A stretch of 44,781 bases of DNA, counting the filler, from Catajapyx aquilonaris (lineage: Eukaryota), in the NCBI GenBank assembly GCA_000934665.2. It is 2 parts of 2 records of this genome, joined end to end, with 100 filler letters (N's around TTAATTAATTAA, not from the genome) between each part and the next. Parts side by side here need not be neighbours in the genome. Positions count along the whole stretch, not along the records: positions 22,328 to 44,781 come from JYFJ02005901.1; 1 more part is not named here. One strand, 5' to 3'. Positions 25,025 to 36,932 of this stretch are shown piece by piece. Each line of letters opens with the position of its first letter. Position 1 is the first letter of the stretch. Under the pieces are notes generated by a model. The model was not told where the DNA came from. It did not search any database and saw nothing but the letters and a program-made list of their open reading frames with translations. The translations under genes were made by a program, and so were the position numbers.

Positions 25025-27728
25025 ATGGGATTCAAGAGGATTGGATGGTGAGTTACACTGTTTATGAAAAATTGCATTAGTTGCCTTTACTTTATCCACC
25101 GACAGGTTCCTGCCGCATCGACCTTTGCCGTTCTGTCAGCGGACTTCCTGCGCACAGGTGTTTCTTTGGACGTACCTCACCCTCTTGTTGGCTACCACCG
25201 CACTGTTTGTAACCTCGTTAGTGGACCTCCGACATCAGCAGGCTGCTCAGTCGCCTCGGGCCGAGTTGCCTCCAGTACCGTGCCATGTCTTGTCGCAGCT
25301 GTCCACTCCGACTTTCCTAGCGGCGGGATGGACCAAGGCGGTGTACCAGGCCAGGATGGACATACCGGGCAAGACGAAGGCGGACGTGGCGGTTAAAGTG
25401 GTGAATTTGAGCGGAAAGGACTACGTGACTTGTACCAAAGAGCAGGGGCTGTCGGAGAGGTTGTGCTACCAGAGGTCGGCTGCCAAGATACTCAAGGAGA
25501 CTGCGCTACTAATGCATTTGATTCACCCCAACATCGTGAAGGTAACCATTATTCCCAATAGCAACGAGTTTCGATACATAACGAGCCGTTTAATTAGGAC
25601 ACAATGAGTACAATGTCGACGATATTGATACAATTTAATCCCAAGTTTGCATATTAAATCAGGCGGGTTGGATGTGTGCGGGGCATTCAATTAACGAGGG
25701 CAAAGTGCAGACAGGTAGGATGGGAGCCCCACCAGTAATTAGGGACACGGCTTGTCTGGTTTTGAGTAGATAAACAGTGTGACAGGTGGTGGTTAGGAGG
25801 AACAAAACCTGCCCAGCCACTTTATCCCTTCCGAAAAATGAACGACGGAAAAAAAAAAAGCCAAAGGGGGAATTGAAAATGAGGAACACGCATTAAATAT
25901 CCACCTGTTGTTTTTAGACAAAGTTACTTTTGTGGGTCAATAATTAATTGGGTGTACAGGATGTAATTAATGCAGGTTATTGCCGACATGAGAACAAATT
26001 GCTTGCGAATAATTAGTCGTGAAGCACAATGGGTTGTTTCAAATGGAAATCTCACGGAGATCTCAGGAGGTGGAGGAGTGTAACGTTGATAGCGATCGTA
26101 ACATGCTGGGGATAAAGTGATTACCTTGCTGACAGGCAAGTTTGCTATCTCGTAGAAAAGGGAGGGGGATCTTTCTCTCCTTTTTTTGTGAGCAGGTGAA
26201 AGCGTGCAAATTTGATTCGCTTCGCATGCTTTTACTGGTTCCTCCTTTTTTTTGTCGAGATTTTAAAAAATGGGAACAAAAAGTTGCAAGGTCGACTGCC
26301 TGGGAAGTCGTGGGTGACCACTCCACATGTACGAACATGGGCAGCGACTCCCGCATATTTTTCATAAGATCAATGTACCCTGCATTAATTTTGATGGATA
26401 AGTCAAATCCATTATGATTTCACATTTATTTTATCGTAAAGAAATTAGTAAGTATGGTTTCTTCACATAACGAAATCGTGACATGTCCATAGCGATTTTA
26501 TCAGCCTAAATTGTAATAAGTCATCGAACGATGCGAACCTGGTCACCTGGAATAATTAATCGAGCACATGATTTTTGCAGGTTTTGGGCCACTGCGGACC
26601 AGGTTCTTTGTGGCACTTGGATGAATCGCAGTGGAGAGTTGAACATGAAAATGCGGATGGAAGCCATCAAGAAGTGGTTCTTGTCACCGAATTAGGGCAA
26701 CCACTGGATACCATTCGACTTCTGCAGATGCCATGGGAAGATCGACTAAGGGTATTTATATTTGCTCTTTTCTGCCGTTCGTAAAATAGCGATATGAACC
26801 TTTTCTATGGGGCAATAGGTGGCTTATGATGTTGCGTCCCTTCTGGAGTTTTTGGCAACTTCACCGTTAGGCTCACTGTCGGTGAATGATCTGCGGCGCC
26901 AACAGTTTGTGCTAGTCCGAGGGCAGCTGAAGCTTTCCGATGTGGACGACGTGGGTGTGACAGAACCTCTATGCAAGTCTGATCGAGAGTGTTCCGTCGG
27001 ATTTCCTCCGATTCCGCATGGGTAAGAGTACGTTTGGTGTAACTTCAGCCGAATCTGATTGCCATTTTGTACAGGAACGACGATGTGATGGTGCACGTTC
27101 AGTGTGTGCGAGGAGAATGCTTAGGACGTAATGAGAGACACAATGTCCTAAGTGCTGGAAGGCAGCTGGTTCTTCCATTCCTGTCCGTAGGGGCTCCAGA
27201 GGTTCTCCTCCCCCAGGTGGAACAGCTCCTCGATTGCTACTCGTGGCTCCAATGTCCCGCAGCACGCATTGCTCAAGCCACGAGAGAACTTGTGGACCAG
27301 TTCGCAAGGGGTGATTATCGCAATCGTACTGAGGACAGGCGGATTTCTCAAGGTACGTTAAGTTGCTGATTGCAAGTGTCGCATAATTATAGTTTTGTCA
27401 CTTTTCAGGGTTTGAACAGCTGGAAAACCATGACTTGGAAGGGTTGTTTGACTACCCTTGTTCAAAGTCGCTATCTAGTGGAAGCTGCGTTAAGTCAGTG
27501 GCGGATGAGGCAGAAGCCAGGGACATATGCTTGAAAGATGCGTCATGTCGGGCCGTTGTGATGGGGACTGTTACCACTTGGACAGGTATATTTTCCGCTG
27601 TCCACTTCCTACACGTTAACCTCAACAGAAACCTCGTCATTGCAGGAAGGATCCTCGCATTTTTCAAGAACGGCAGCGAGGGACCTACTGTTCACGAGGG
27701 ACACAAGCTGCTTATAAGGACACTATGA
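25025..27728 (+). CDS. PKDCC: Extracellular tyrosine-protein kinase PKDCC/VLK-like (~456 aa)
   Basis: Exons 25025-25047, 25106-25541, 26581-26751, 26819-27021, 27075-27352, 27409-27585, 27646-27728; all GT-AG with consistent phase. N-terminal hydrophobic anchor; LAAGWTKAVY, VAVK, ILKETALL..LIHPNIVKVLG, SPLGSLSVNDLRRQQFVLV.GQLKLSDVDD match PKDCC kinase motifs; Cys-rich C-terminal domain. First exon less certain. Confidence 0.88.
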
Positions 27729-27914
27729 TTTGCATGCTAGTCAAGATCAATCCGACTGTGATATTTCCATCAGGGCAAGAAACATGCCGTCAAACTATCA
27801 ACCAAAAAGCATTTATTCGCTTGTACTTTATATCACACTACACAACAAACAGATAATTAAACATTGATTACATGATTTCAAATTATTTTTTTTTGAAAAT
27901 GCCGCTTCAGGTTG

Positions 27915-30900
27915 TTACACCTTGGGTTTGGAGATTGCAGTGCTGGAAAGAAAGGAGGAATTAATCTCAGTTTAATCTCGTACGACTTGTTATCATGGTA
28001 CTTACAGTGTCGACTTATTGCCGCTAAGAACAATGAAGGGTGATTGCGTCTCCTTCTGCTTATGCTGCAGCAAGGTTAGGGTTCCCAATGGCGTGTCCGT
28101 CGAGCTCATCTGCTTCATCAACTGTCAGGTACGAATTCAAACGTTAGCGAAGAACAAATTTAAAACCATCCCCTCGCACGTTACGGTAACTTTCTTAGCC
28201 CATTTTTGTAAAGACGTTAAACAAAGTCAGGCAGCCACTAATCAGATTAAATGGCTACACTTTGCAACGCAATCTACCATGTAAGTGCCGCTAAGTCACG
28301 GTTAAATCTTAACTGACAGCCGAAATGGTTGGTGGAACCATGCATCAGTAATCTCCTTTTTTCCCCACTCACCATTTCTTGCTCCCGTTTCTTATGCCGC
28401 TTCTCCACCTTATTCTTCCCAGGTCCCTTCCCGTGAAACTTGTGCGAGAGGTACCGGAAAGCCTCCTTAGGGTTAAGAAGCCTTCCATCATCATCAATGT
28501 ATTCCAGCTTGACGTCCGGCTTGTAGGTATCCTTCTCCTTGAATTCAGAAGATGGTCCAGCGTAGTGTTCCCTCCTGCCGAACTTGTCGTCGTCAAAGTA
28601 AGTCTTGTCCTCAATTGAGTAGTGCTGAGCCTCCAGGTGCTTCATGCGAGTGGCAGACACGTTCTTTTTGCTCTCGCGTTCCAGGTAGCCTTTGCTCACA
28701 GCAAGACGCAGGGCTCCAGCCAGGCCCGACCCAACGTCCGGTTCTTCGTCCAGGATGGCAATTTCCTCCGATTTGATCTCCACGGGAGTCTCATCTATTT
28801 CAACCTCATTCCAAGCCCCACGGTTCGTCTCCTCTTCCATTCTAGGCGGCTTCTCTTCCACCGATTCTTTTTCAAAGTCCTGCAAAAGGGAAATTATTTC
28901 GCTAATTACTAACACAGCAGATTCCCCTTCTAACAATTCCTTCAACATTGTAGTTCCGTAACAATAAGAAATCATGAAATGCAGTTATCCCATGGTAAAT
29001 CTCTTCGCTTGAATGACTTGCGACTCAATGAGAGCAATAGCAAATTTGGATACTTATGTGAACACAAGCTGAATCTTTTTGTTTTTAAATTAGGTTCAAT
29101 AAAATTGTCGTACAAATGTGACCATCATCTCCTCTTCATCCTCCTCTCTGTTCCCTGCTAGTCCGTAGGTAGGTATGTCTCCCAGCGTCCGGCAGAATTC
29201 CGCAGTCGAGTTAAGTACGATAAAGCCTTTTCCGGCGGCAAGGGAACCGTCTTCGTCTGCTGGTTCGGCTTTTATATCTTCATCCACCTGCAAGAAAACA
29301 TTGTGATAAAGTCGGTCAATTCAAAAAGACAAAATTATATCCGCACAAACATGATTACATTACCTTCTCTATAAGAGCAGTCTTTCTCTGCTCCTTCTGC
29401 TTCATCTTCCTTGTCTTGTTGAGCGCATTTTGAAGCTCTATTTCCAGGTCATCTGGCTCCAGTTGGACTTCAGATAAGTCTTCAGTTGGGTCTGAAAGTA
29501 CAAATGCCATCACAGTCGGTAGGAAAGCTCACGGGGGGAATTTCCAAGGAAATGAAAATATTGTGCACAGGACTTACATGCAAGATCGTCTGTGTCCAAA
29601 TACTCATCCAGATCCATGGGGACTTCCAGACGCTTGCGAAAAGCAGCGGCCTCTTTCTTACCCTTCGCCAAATCCCTCTCATCGAGCCTTTTGCTTTCTA
29701 CTCCGTCCTCCTTAGCTTTCCTCGACCCCTGATCCTTTGGCGTCGTGTCGGCCATCAAGATCAGGTCATCTGCCTTCAGTACTTTCCTCTTGCGCACGAC
29801 CTTCCTTATCTGGCAGTGAAAACAATTTTTTTTTAAGATTATGGCTTCTTTTTTCCTGTCACTTTTATTGACCCCTTCAACTTACCTTCTTGGTGGGCTT
29901 CTTGAACGTCACCATTTCTTCAGGAGTGAAGTAATCAGTGGCAGGCTGAATTCCTGCTGTGTTCAAGGAGTCTTGGGTTTTCTTCTGCAGTTTAAGGCGG
30001 ATCAGTGCCACTTCTCGGTCCTTGTTGGGAGCTTCGCCAGTTCCTGAAAATGCATTACAAGCCACATATTACCTCTTCAACATTCTGCGCATTACAGTCA
30101 TTGCTTTGCATTTTCAGTGACAATATCAGTACCATTCGCACGATGCAAACTGTGGACTTACCAATGACAAAGCTGGCCTTTTTCTCGCCTTCAATCTCCT
30201 CATCATACTTGGCCAGAATCTGCTTCTTTTTGACGATACCATACTCATCCACCTCGTTCTCCTCATAGGCATTGTAGCCGTAGAGGTAGGGCTTCATCTT
30301 TTTAATCTCTGCATTCTTATCGAAACGCTCCTCATCCATAAGGTTCACGTTCACAAGCACATCCTCCCCGTCTTCCAAAACGCCTTTGTCCTTTATTGTC
30401 AGTATCACATCCCTGCCTTCCACGAATTTATCCTGAGTAAGAAAAACATGAATTAAAATTACTGGCCTGATAGTTACATAGCAGTAAGATGTCAGGATAT
30501 GCAATACACACCGTGTCATGCTGCACTCGTAGCCCAGTCAGGTCTCTGGCTCCATATGCGAAGTTCTTTTCTCGCTGGAACTCCGACTGCACAAGGTCGC
30601 CCACTCCGAATTCAGCGTCAAGCTCCTCCAGTGCCTTGGCCCGCTGCTCGGCTTTCTCCTTCTCCTGCTGTATCCGTCGGGTTCGTTCAACCCAGGCTGC
30701 TGCATTGTCAACTTCCGGATCCTCCGTCGCAGCCAAGGTCTTCACCTTGGAGAGCTTGGCTTCCACCCGGCGCTTCTCCCTGCGCTCTTCCAACCTCTCC
30801 CGTATGGCCTGGGTGCGCTTCACGTCCGAGATGTTCTCAGGGGGCTTGTGCACAAAGTCCTTGTCTGCAGACTTGGATTCTTCTGCCCCTCCTTCCTGCT

Positions 30901-33215
30901 TGGGACCATCTGAGTCCAGCTGGAGGGGCTTTAGGCCCAGTTTTGCTCGTAAGCGGTTTGTCTCGTTGATCGACAGCGACAAGGTGCTTCCACCCCCACT
31001 GTTGTTCTCTACTGGCGAGTCCGATCGGATGCGAGGCGGAGGCGGGGCCTGTGGTAGCCTCTCCAGCTTCGGCATATCAATTTCACCATCTGGGAGAGAT
31101 ATATGCAAAGTTAGTTGCAGTACTGAGGTGTTGACAACAGAAGAACACACAGAAAACCGCATTCTTCCTAGCCATGTAACCGCTCCTCAGTTATTCCTTC
31201 CTAACGCTTGCTCGGTTTTCTTTCAAACATTTTCAGAGACAAGGTGTGTCTAACAATCTCATAAGGCAGGAGAACAAAAACATTAATAGCAATTTAAAAA
31301 ACTAGGGCCCCTAGTACAAACTTCAACAGAACTTTCAGTTTAATCATTTTTTTCCATGAAGGGTAGTTCTGGGCTGCATTCACAAACGGATGTGGTGCAA
31401 GTGAGTTAGGAGACATTCTTGTACCTATCAGCAAATTCCACAGCATTCATTTACATCCTCGCATGAAACATGCCGAGATGACACCAAAAAATACACGTGG
31501 AGAACAGGCCCGGAAAAATTTCTCGTTTCCATTTACCCGTTTCTCTCGTACAAGTTCATACAAGGTGTCCCAGAAGGAACTCACATTCCTGTTGGTGAAG
31601 ACATGCTTCCAACTAAAGTGAGTATCCCGCTTGAAGCGCCAGGGCTCCCCCATACCAAGTTGTTGGCGTCTGGAGCAACCCTAGCACAGAAGTGCCAAGT
31701 GAGGCATGAGAATGAGATTTTCACTGACATGGACCAACTCAATTTTGGGACACCCTGAAATATAAAAAACTAATAATTTCCCTGTGCTTGAGTTTCTGGT
31801 CAAACCAAATGACTGTACATCCTACAGGATATCAAACTTTCCAGGTTATAATTTAGTCCCACATCTCAAAAAATAATCAAAGCAGCTGCTGAAGTATGAA
31901 GATGGATCGTTCACGTATTTCACATCCCGCGCACAGGATCTGAGACCTACTGGGTGCTCCTTTTGTTTTTCTTGAAGAAATGATTCGCTCATAATTCCAA
32001 CAATGAAGTCCCACTATCAGACTATAGTTATAAATTTTAAAACAATACCAATCTTTCGATATACAACGATACAGGATGATGTACTTTCGAAGAAGCGCTG
32101 GGAACTGTGTGACTAGACATTAATCGAAGAAAGGAGGGACTTTCAAAACTACCAAAACCATTTTGTTTGCATCCAAAGAGGTTCTCTTTCTTGCTCTGCA
32201 ATTAATTCTCCCCACTTCTATTGGCAAACACACCCTGCTATCATTTCTTGATGCCTGTATACCTTGTTGGAAATTTCAGCCAGAATTACTCACAATGATT
32301 CAAAGAACTCACACACACAGGAAAACTTCAGTCGAACTTCCCTAAGTCGAAGAAAATTATGTGCTTGGTTGGTCACAATGTAAAATAATAAGAAATAAAC
32401 TTCCCTAAAGGCTGTTTCACGAGGTCGCGATTCCGCCCACTGCTGCGGTTGCGACTGGCGATTCGCGTCCGCCAGCAATTCACGAAAAAAGTAATCACAG
32501 GAAAAGAAGGGCCAGTGCCAACTCCACTTGCTACACAATGCTATTGTGTACTCAATGGGAGGTACACGAATACGTGCACCAATTGTTGACACCATTGAAG
32601 GAAGTAATAAATGACACAGCTGGTCACATGGGTGATTTAATTTTCCTCCCAGGTATTCTTTTAGGAAGGGGCCTCAACACAAAATGATGGGAGTGAATAA
32701 CAGGTAATTAACTGCATGGACAATAACATGGAATGGCACTGGAGGTCTATGGTCGCCATTTTCCACAGCAGCTGCGTATCGATCGCTAGGCACGCGATTC
32801 TCAAAACGCCAACTCGCGATTCAAGATCGCGCAGTGGGCGGGTCCCTCGTCTCGCATCCGCTCCGCTAGCCGGCAACAGATCGCCTCGTGAAACAGCCTT
32901 AACTCTTGGGGAAGGTGCGGTGGCTGAGATGGTAATGTCTCGGCTTGCTGTGCGAAAGGTCCCGGGTTCTATTCCCCGCCCAGGAGTTTACCTCTCGCCT
33001 GCGACAGTGGGTCTCTGGCCCGCGACTAAGGAGGCGTCTTGGCAACCGGCATCCTTTTCCGACATTGCACTTGCACCTGTGTCCCCTCCCAAATTCCCCC
33101 ATCGTTACCCTACTTCCCTAATTGCCCTTTCACAGAGTTTGAAGAAAGATTGGAAAATCAGTCAAAATGGTGGTATTCCACCCCCCCTAAAAGGGCTTCG
33201 TTCCTTCCAATGGGG

Positions 33216-33295
<80 letters not shown>

Positions 33296-35062
33296 CAGCT
33301 TCCCTAACTCGAATTTATATAACTCGAAGGGCTGGCAGGGCCTTACGATGGGATATCAATGCATTTTCAGTCTCCCTAAGTCCAAGTTCATGTTGGCGAG
33401 TACGAAAAATGTTATCATTTCCTAGCCGCAGGGTCGAGAGTAGGCCACATGCACAGAAAGGCTCTTTCCTGATCTCCGTCTACCAGTAATGACTCATGCC
33501 ATCCGTGCCAGGTCCCGATCTAAGAGTAGGCAAATGTCCATAACAGAGTTTTTATTACAACCAACAACGAGGAACATTGTCGCATGATAGCGAGTTATTT
33601 TTAAGCTTTGAACACCTTTTGTCGCTGGATATAGAAGTAGGCTTCCTTATAGAGTTCTGTGCTTAAAAAAGCCAAAACGTCTCTAACTCATTCCAGTCCC
33701 ACGGAGATTCGACTTATGGGAGTTATACTGGATATGGAAATTTTAGTATTTGGGTCTATAAGAAGCGCCCTGTAATAAGTACAGGTAGTGGGCACGAGTT
33801 ACATCCTGTAATACCCTTTACCCCAATGGCTCCTTGATAAGGCGAGTGATTTCTGGAACACAATGGCACAATTATCCGAACATGGTTGTAATACACTGTA
33901 AAGTGTGGAGGCGAACACGTGTCAAAATTCAAGCACTCCTTTATGTAAGTGCTAGTTATCTTGATGTGACACATCTGCCTCCACACAAACTTGTAATATA
34001 AAAAAATGCATCCTTAAAAAAGACTGACCATGGTACCCTAACAGAATCATATGAAATTAAATTTGTAATGAAACACCGACCATACTTCCATATGAACTCC
34101 CCAGATGTATAAACCGCCTCAGGACACGTAATTCATATTTCACGTAATACACCGGACATGTCCAGAGTTAAATCTGGCGACAGTATTGCAATTACTCACA
34201 TTGTTAAGAAATGAATGTGAAAGTATTCTTCTGCAAAATAGCTACTCTTCAAATCATCTGACTAATTAATCATATTCATTGCAATAAAAGATACTTTTCG
34301 GCCCCCTCGGAAAACAAGCACTTTGAAATAAGTACATCAAACTGCCGCTGGGTAAAATCAGCACAATAAATGAATCATGCTCGCAAACAAAAATCGCACA
34401 CTCGGCTTGGGGCAGACAAGTAGTCCCACTCATCAACAATAGCTTACCATGTCCTTAACAGCAGGCGAGGACAAGTTCAGGGCCAGCCTTCACCTGGAAA
34501 AAGGAACAAGAAAATCAGGCAGACTTTTTTTTTCCTCCACAGTTTTTGGTAACCAGCACACACAATTATTCTCATGACGAATCTGGCGAAATATATTACT
34601 TGGGCCATAACAACCGCCATAAATCATGGGTGCTGACTGTTACACTTCTAACCTACACTTATAATACGTAGCGTACCATGGTCAGTCTCCCCCAAAATAT
34701 TACTACGAGGAACAGCCACGATGGCAAGTGCTCTTGCAGCGAAGTCTTTCACTTGACTACTCAGCGGTACTGATCGCCACACTATTGACATTTAGTATTA
34801 CTATTATCTGGGCGACACGGTGGCCGAGTGGTTAGCGCCGCAGCCTTCCAGCTCTAAGGTCCCGAGTTCGATCCTCGGGTCGGACGGAGGATACTTATGT
34901 GGATAGAGTTTCGATGGGTTCTCTCCGTGTTCGCGTGGGTTTTCTCGGGGTTCTCCCGTTTCCTCCCACTATCAAAATCCATCACATTACAGGCAAATGA
35001 TTAAAGTCTGTCTATTAAAAGATGATCCCCTAAGAGGCCCAAGGGGCCTATCACGGGGTATC

Positions 35063-35128
<66 letters not shown>

Positions 35129-35629
35129 TGCACATGAAGTAAGTGTGCATTTTTTTTGAGGAATGATCGAGTGACTTGAGAGAAACATTTTTTTGCCAAT
35201 TTGCTGTTGCAGACTCATCGTTCAAGTCATACAACGAGGATTTGTCACGAGTCATACAAACCCTAAGTAACCACAGTAATACCACGGTAACCATTTTGCC
35301 ATCCTGCCTGTTCCGCATTTTATAAAGAGTACGAAGCGCGGAAACGCACCTTCCAAGTCGATGACCTCCTCCTTGGAGTGCGTCTTCCTTTCAGACCCGT
35401 GGTCCTGATGGGAATCCTTCCTCCTGCTGGAGGTGCTCTCCTTCTCAGCAGCCCCTCTGTGCTTCTTATGGTGATGCCTTCCATCTCTGTCCCTGTCCCC
35501 TCCTCCTCCTCTATCGTCCCTCCGTCCTTCCCCGCCCCTTTCAACCCCCTTCACCTTCTCCCTAGACCTGGACCTGGACCGGTGACGCTTCTTCTTCTTC
35601 TCCTCCTTATGCTTCTTAGACGAACCCAT
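27915..35629 (-). CDS. SART1: U4/U6.U5 tri-snRNP-associated protein 1 (SART1/Snu66), ~820 aa
   Basis: Exons 35629-35350, 31089-30512, 30432-30162, 30043-29886, 29809-29578, 29491-29364, 29287-29123, 28879-28373, 28121-28006, 27942-27915; frame consistent. MGSSKKHK start with RS-like region, HIND motif [66 protein letters not shown] on the minus strand at 27817-27812. Confidence 0.95.
31561..31757. mobile_element. Degenerate mariner/Tc1-type MITE in SART1 intron 1
   Basis: TA-caaggtgtcccagaa ... ttttgggacaccctg (reverse complement cagggtgtcccaaaa, 13/15); right TA not preserved. Confidence 0.55.
32409..32899. mobile_element. PIF/Harbinger-type MITE (491 bp)
   Basis: Perfect 16-bp TIR AGGCTGTTTCACGAGG...CCTCGTGAAACAGCCT with TAA on both flanks (32406-32408, 32900-32902); internal inverted ccgcccactgc/gcagtgggcgg. 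Confidence 0.85.
32908..33295 (+). mobile_element. tRNA-derived SINE with (TAA)n tail
   Basis: Pol III A box tggctgagatgg (32921-32932), B box ggttctattcc (32965-32975), ~300-nt body, (TAA)n tail 33218-33292, reconstructable 12-bp TSD cttccctaactc. Confidence 0.8.
34448..34493 (-). other. Putative 46-nt poison cassette exon of SART1
   Basis: Minus strand: ctgattttcttgttcctttttccag | gtgaaggctggccctga...ggacatg | gtaagc. Joined to exon 1 (phase 1) it reads G-E-G-W-P-stop. Confidence 0.6.
34810..35123 (+). mobile_element. tRNA-derived V-domain SINE with (TTA)n tail
   Basis: A box tggccgagtgg (34821-34831), B box gttcgatcc (~34866-34874). Central ttctctccgtgttcgcgtgggttttctcggggttctcccgtttcctcccac resembles the V-SINE core. 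Tail 35064-35123. Confidence 0.85.
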
Positions 35630-36035
35630 CTTCAATCAGCCGCAGATAATTCGAACTATCGAACACACGCGAAAAAATTAAAACGTAACCGAAGCGACAG
35701 ACGCCATTACGTGCAACACGGCCCGTTCCTACGGCTGTACCTGTGCAGTAAGGCAATTACGATGTGTGTTAATCCAGCTTAATTTAAACACCTAAATGTG
35801 GATTGTAACATTTGGTTAATTAGTAACTGATATGTACATACAAACATGTGCATGTACACGCTGTAATTGTGCTAATTTGACAGTGCAAATGATGTCAGCG
35901 TGCACAGTTTGGCAACTGTGCGTTCAATGCGTCAGTCGCAGTCCGACCAATCAGCTACCGCCAAACCGTGCCGTTAACCAATCAGAACCCTGCAACTGCC
36001 ACATGTAAACACCCTCCAAATCCCCATGGCAACGG
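35630..36035. promoter_or_regulatory. Putative bidirectional promoter SART1 / PP2A-A
   Basis: Immediately upstream of the SART1 ATG; CpG-rich; candidate + strand donor gca|GTAAGG at 35748; two ccaatcag boxes (35947, 35978); tgtaaaca (36004); ccatggcaac (36024-36033). Confidence 0.5.
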
Positions 36036-36932
36036 TTGTTCCATCATCCTTCCTATATATTTTTTAAAAAACCTATTTAATTTAACATCAATGCTCATAA
36101 CCATATTTAAATATAATCCGCACTAAAGGCATTTATTCCAGTGCTTTTAAACCCCCCCCCCTCCCCCCTCCCAGCACACATCCTGCCCTCCCTCCTTTTT
36201 TTTATCCCCCTTTTTTTTTCCAGTGCACCCCCGGAGCCTCCATTGCAAAATTCCGGGGATCGGTCCACCAGAAGTGTCCCTCCCGCCTCCAGAGTGTCCA
36301 GGGCATTCTCCAGTCGGACACCCGCCACAACAGGTCCCACAAGCTCCGGGTAAGGCTAAAGGGAAAAGATTGGGAGGGGGGAAGGGGTGGAGCCGCGCCG
36401 GAGAGAACGGGGGGGGTGATGTATTCCAAAAAAGGGGAAGCTCAGGAGGAGGAACGCCCTTTCGGTGCGTTTGCGAGGGCAAGACACCCCAGGGGCAGTT
36501 GGCCCCCTCGAAATTAGTTGGGTTAGAACACTTTGTGCTGAGGAGGAGAGGGGGGGATTCGGCCTTGGAAGGGTTCGGTTTAATATTGAGGTGAAGGCCA
36601 TTGTTGCACTTTGCCATTGTGACATGTCAATAGTTTGTTGATGGGGTTTGAAGGCTGCTGTGGGGTACCAGCCTCATTGCAATTATTATTGAAGGGTACG
36701 CAGTATGGACAGAGCGACACTGGAGAACAGCGGAATAAATAGTAGGCTAATAATGCATTAAATAATAACAATGAAATAAATATAATAAAATAACAGCACT
36801 AATAAATAGCTCATAGATAATAATATGAATTACAGGGATCTGTACTTACGAACGGGCTCCCAAGGCTCCCCGGAACAAGGGGTAAGTCACTGGGCTGATG
36901 AGCGTACAACAGACTTGGCGCCTTATGCTGTA

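Larger units (their letters stand above)
32329..33730. mobile_element. pogo/Tigger-type non-autonomous element (outer layer of nest)
   Basis: Left end cagtcgaacttccctaagtcgaa; right end reverse complement cagtataactcccataagtcgaa (19/23). Internal copies of the ctTccctaa(g/c)tc motif; TA duplications decayed; ~500 bp after removing inserts. Confidence 0.65.

Noticed and set aside
30489..31253. 254-aa and 156-aa plus-strand ORFs
   Set aside because: Antisense shadows of SART1 exon 2.
32912..32985. tRNA gene
   Set aside because: No acceptor stem or oligo-T terminator, and it continues into a SINE body; the same applies to 34810-34885.
32716..33489. 257-aa ORF with poly-Ile
   Set aside because: Runs across a MITE, a SINE and the (TAA)n tail; no transposase or RT motifs.
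36139..36580. GC-rich block with overlapping ORFs, possibly a hAT-like MITE
   Set aside because: Ends (cagtgcttttaaacc / ggttagaacactt) match poorly and no TSD was found; the ORFs are Pro/Gly low-complexity.
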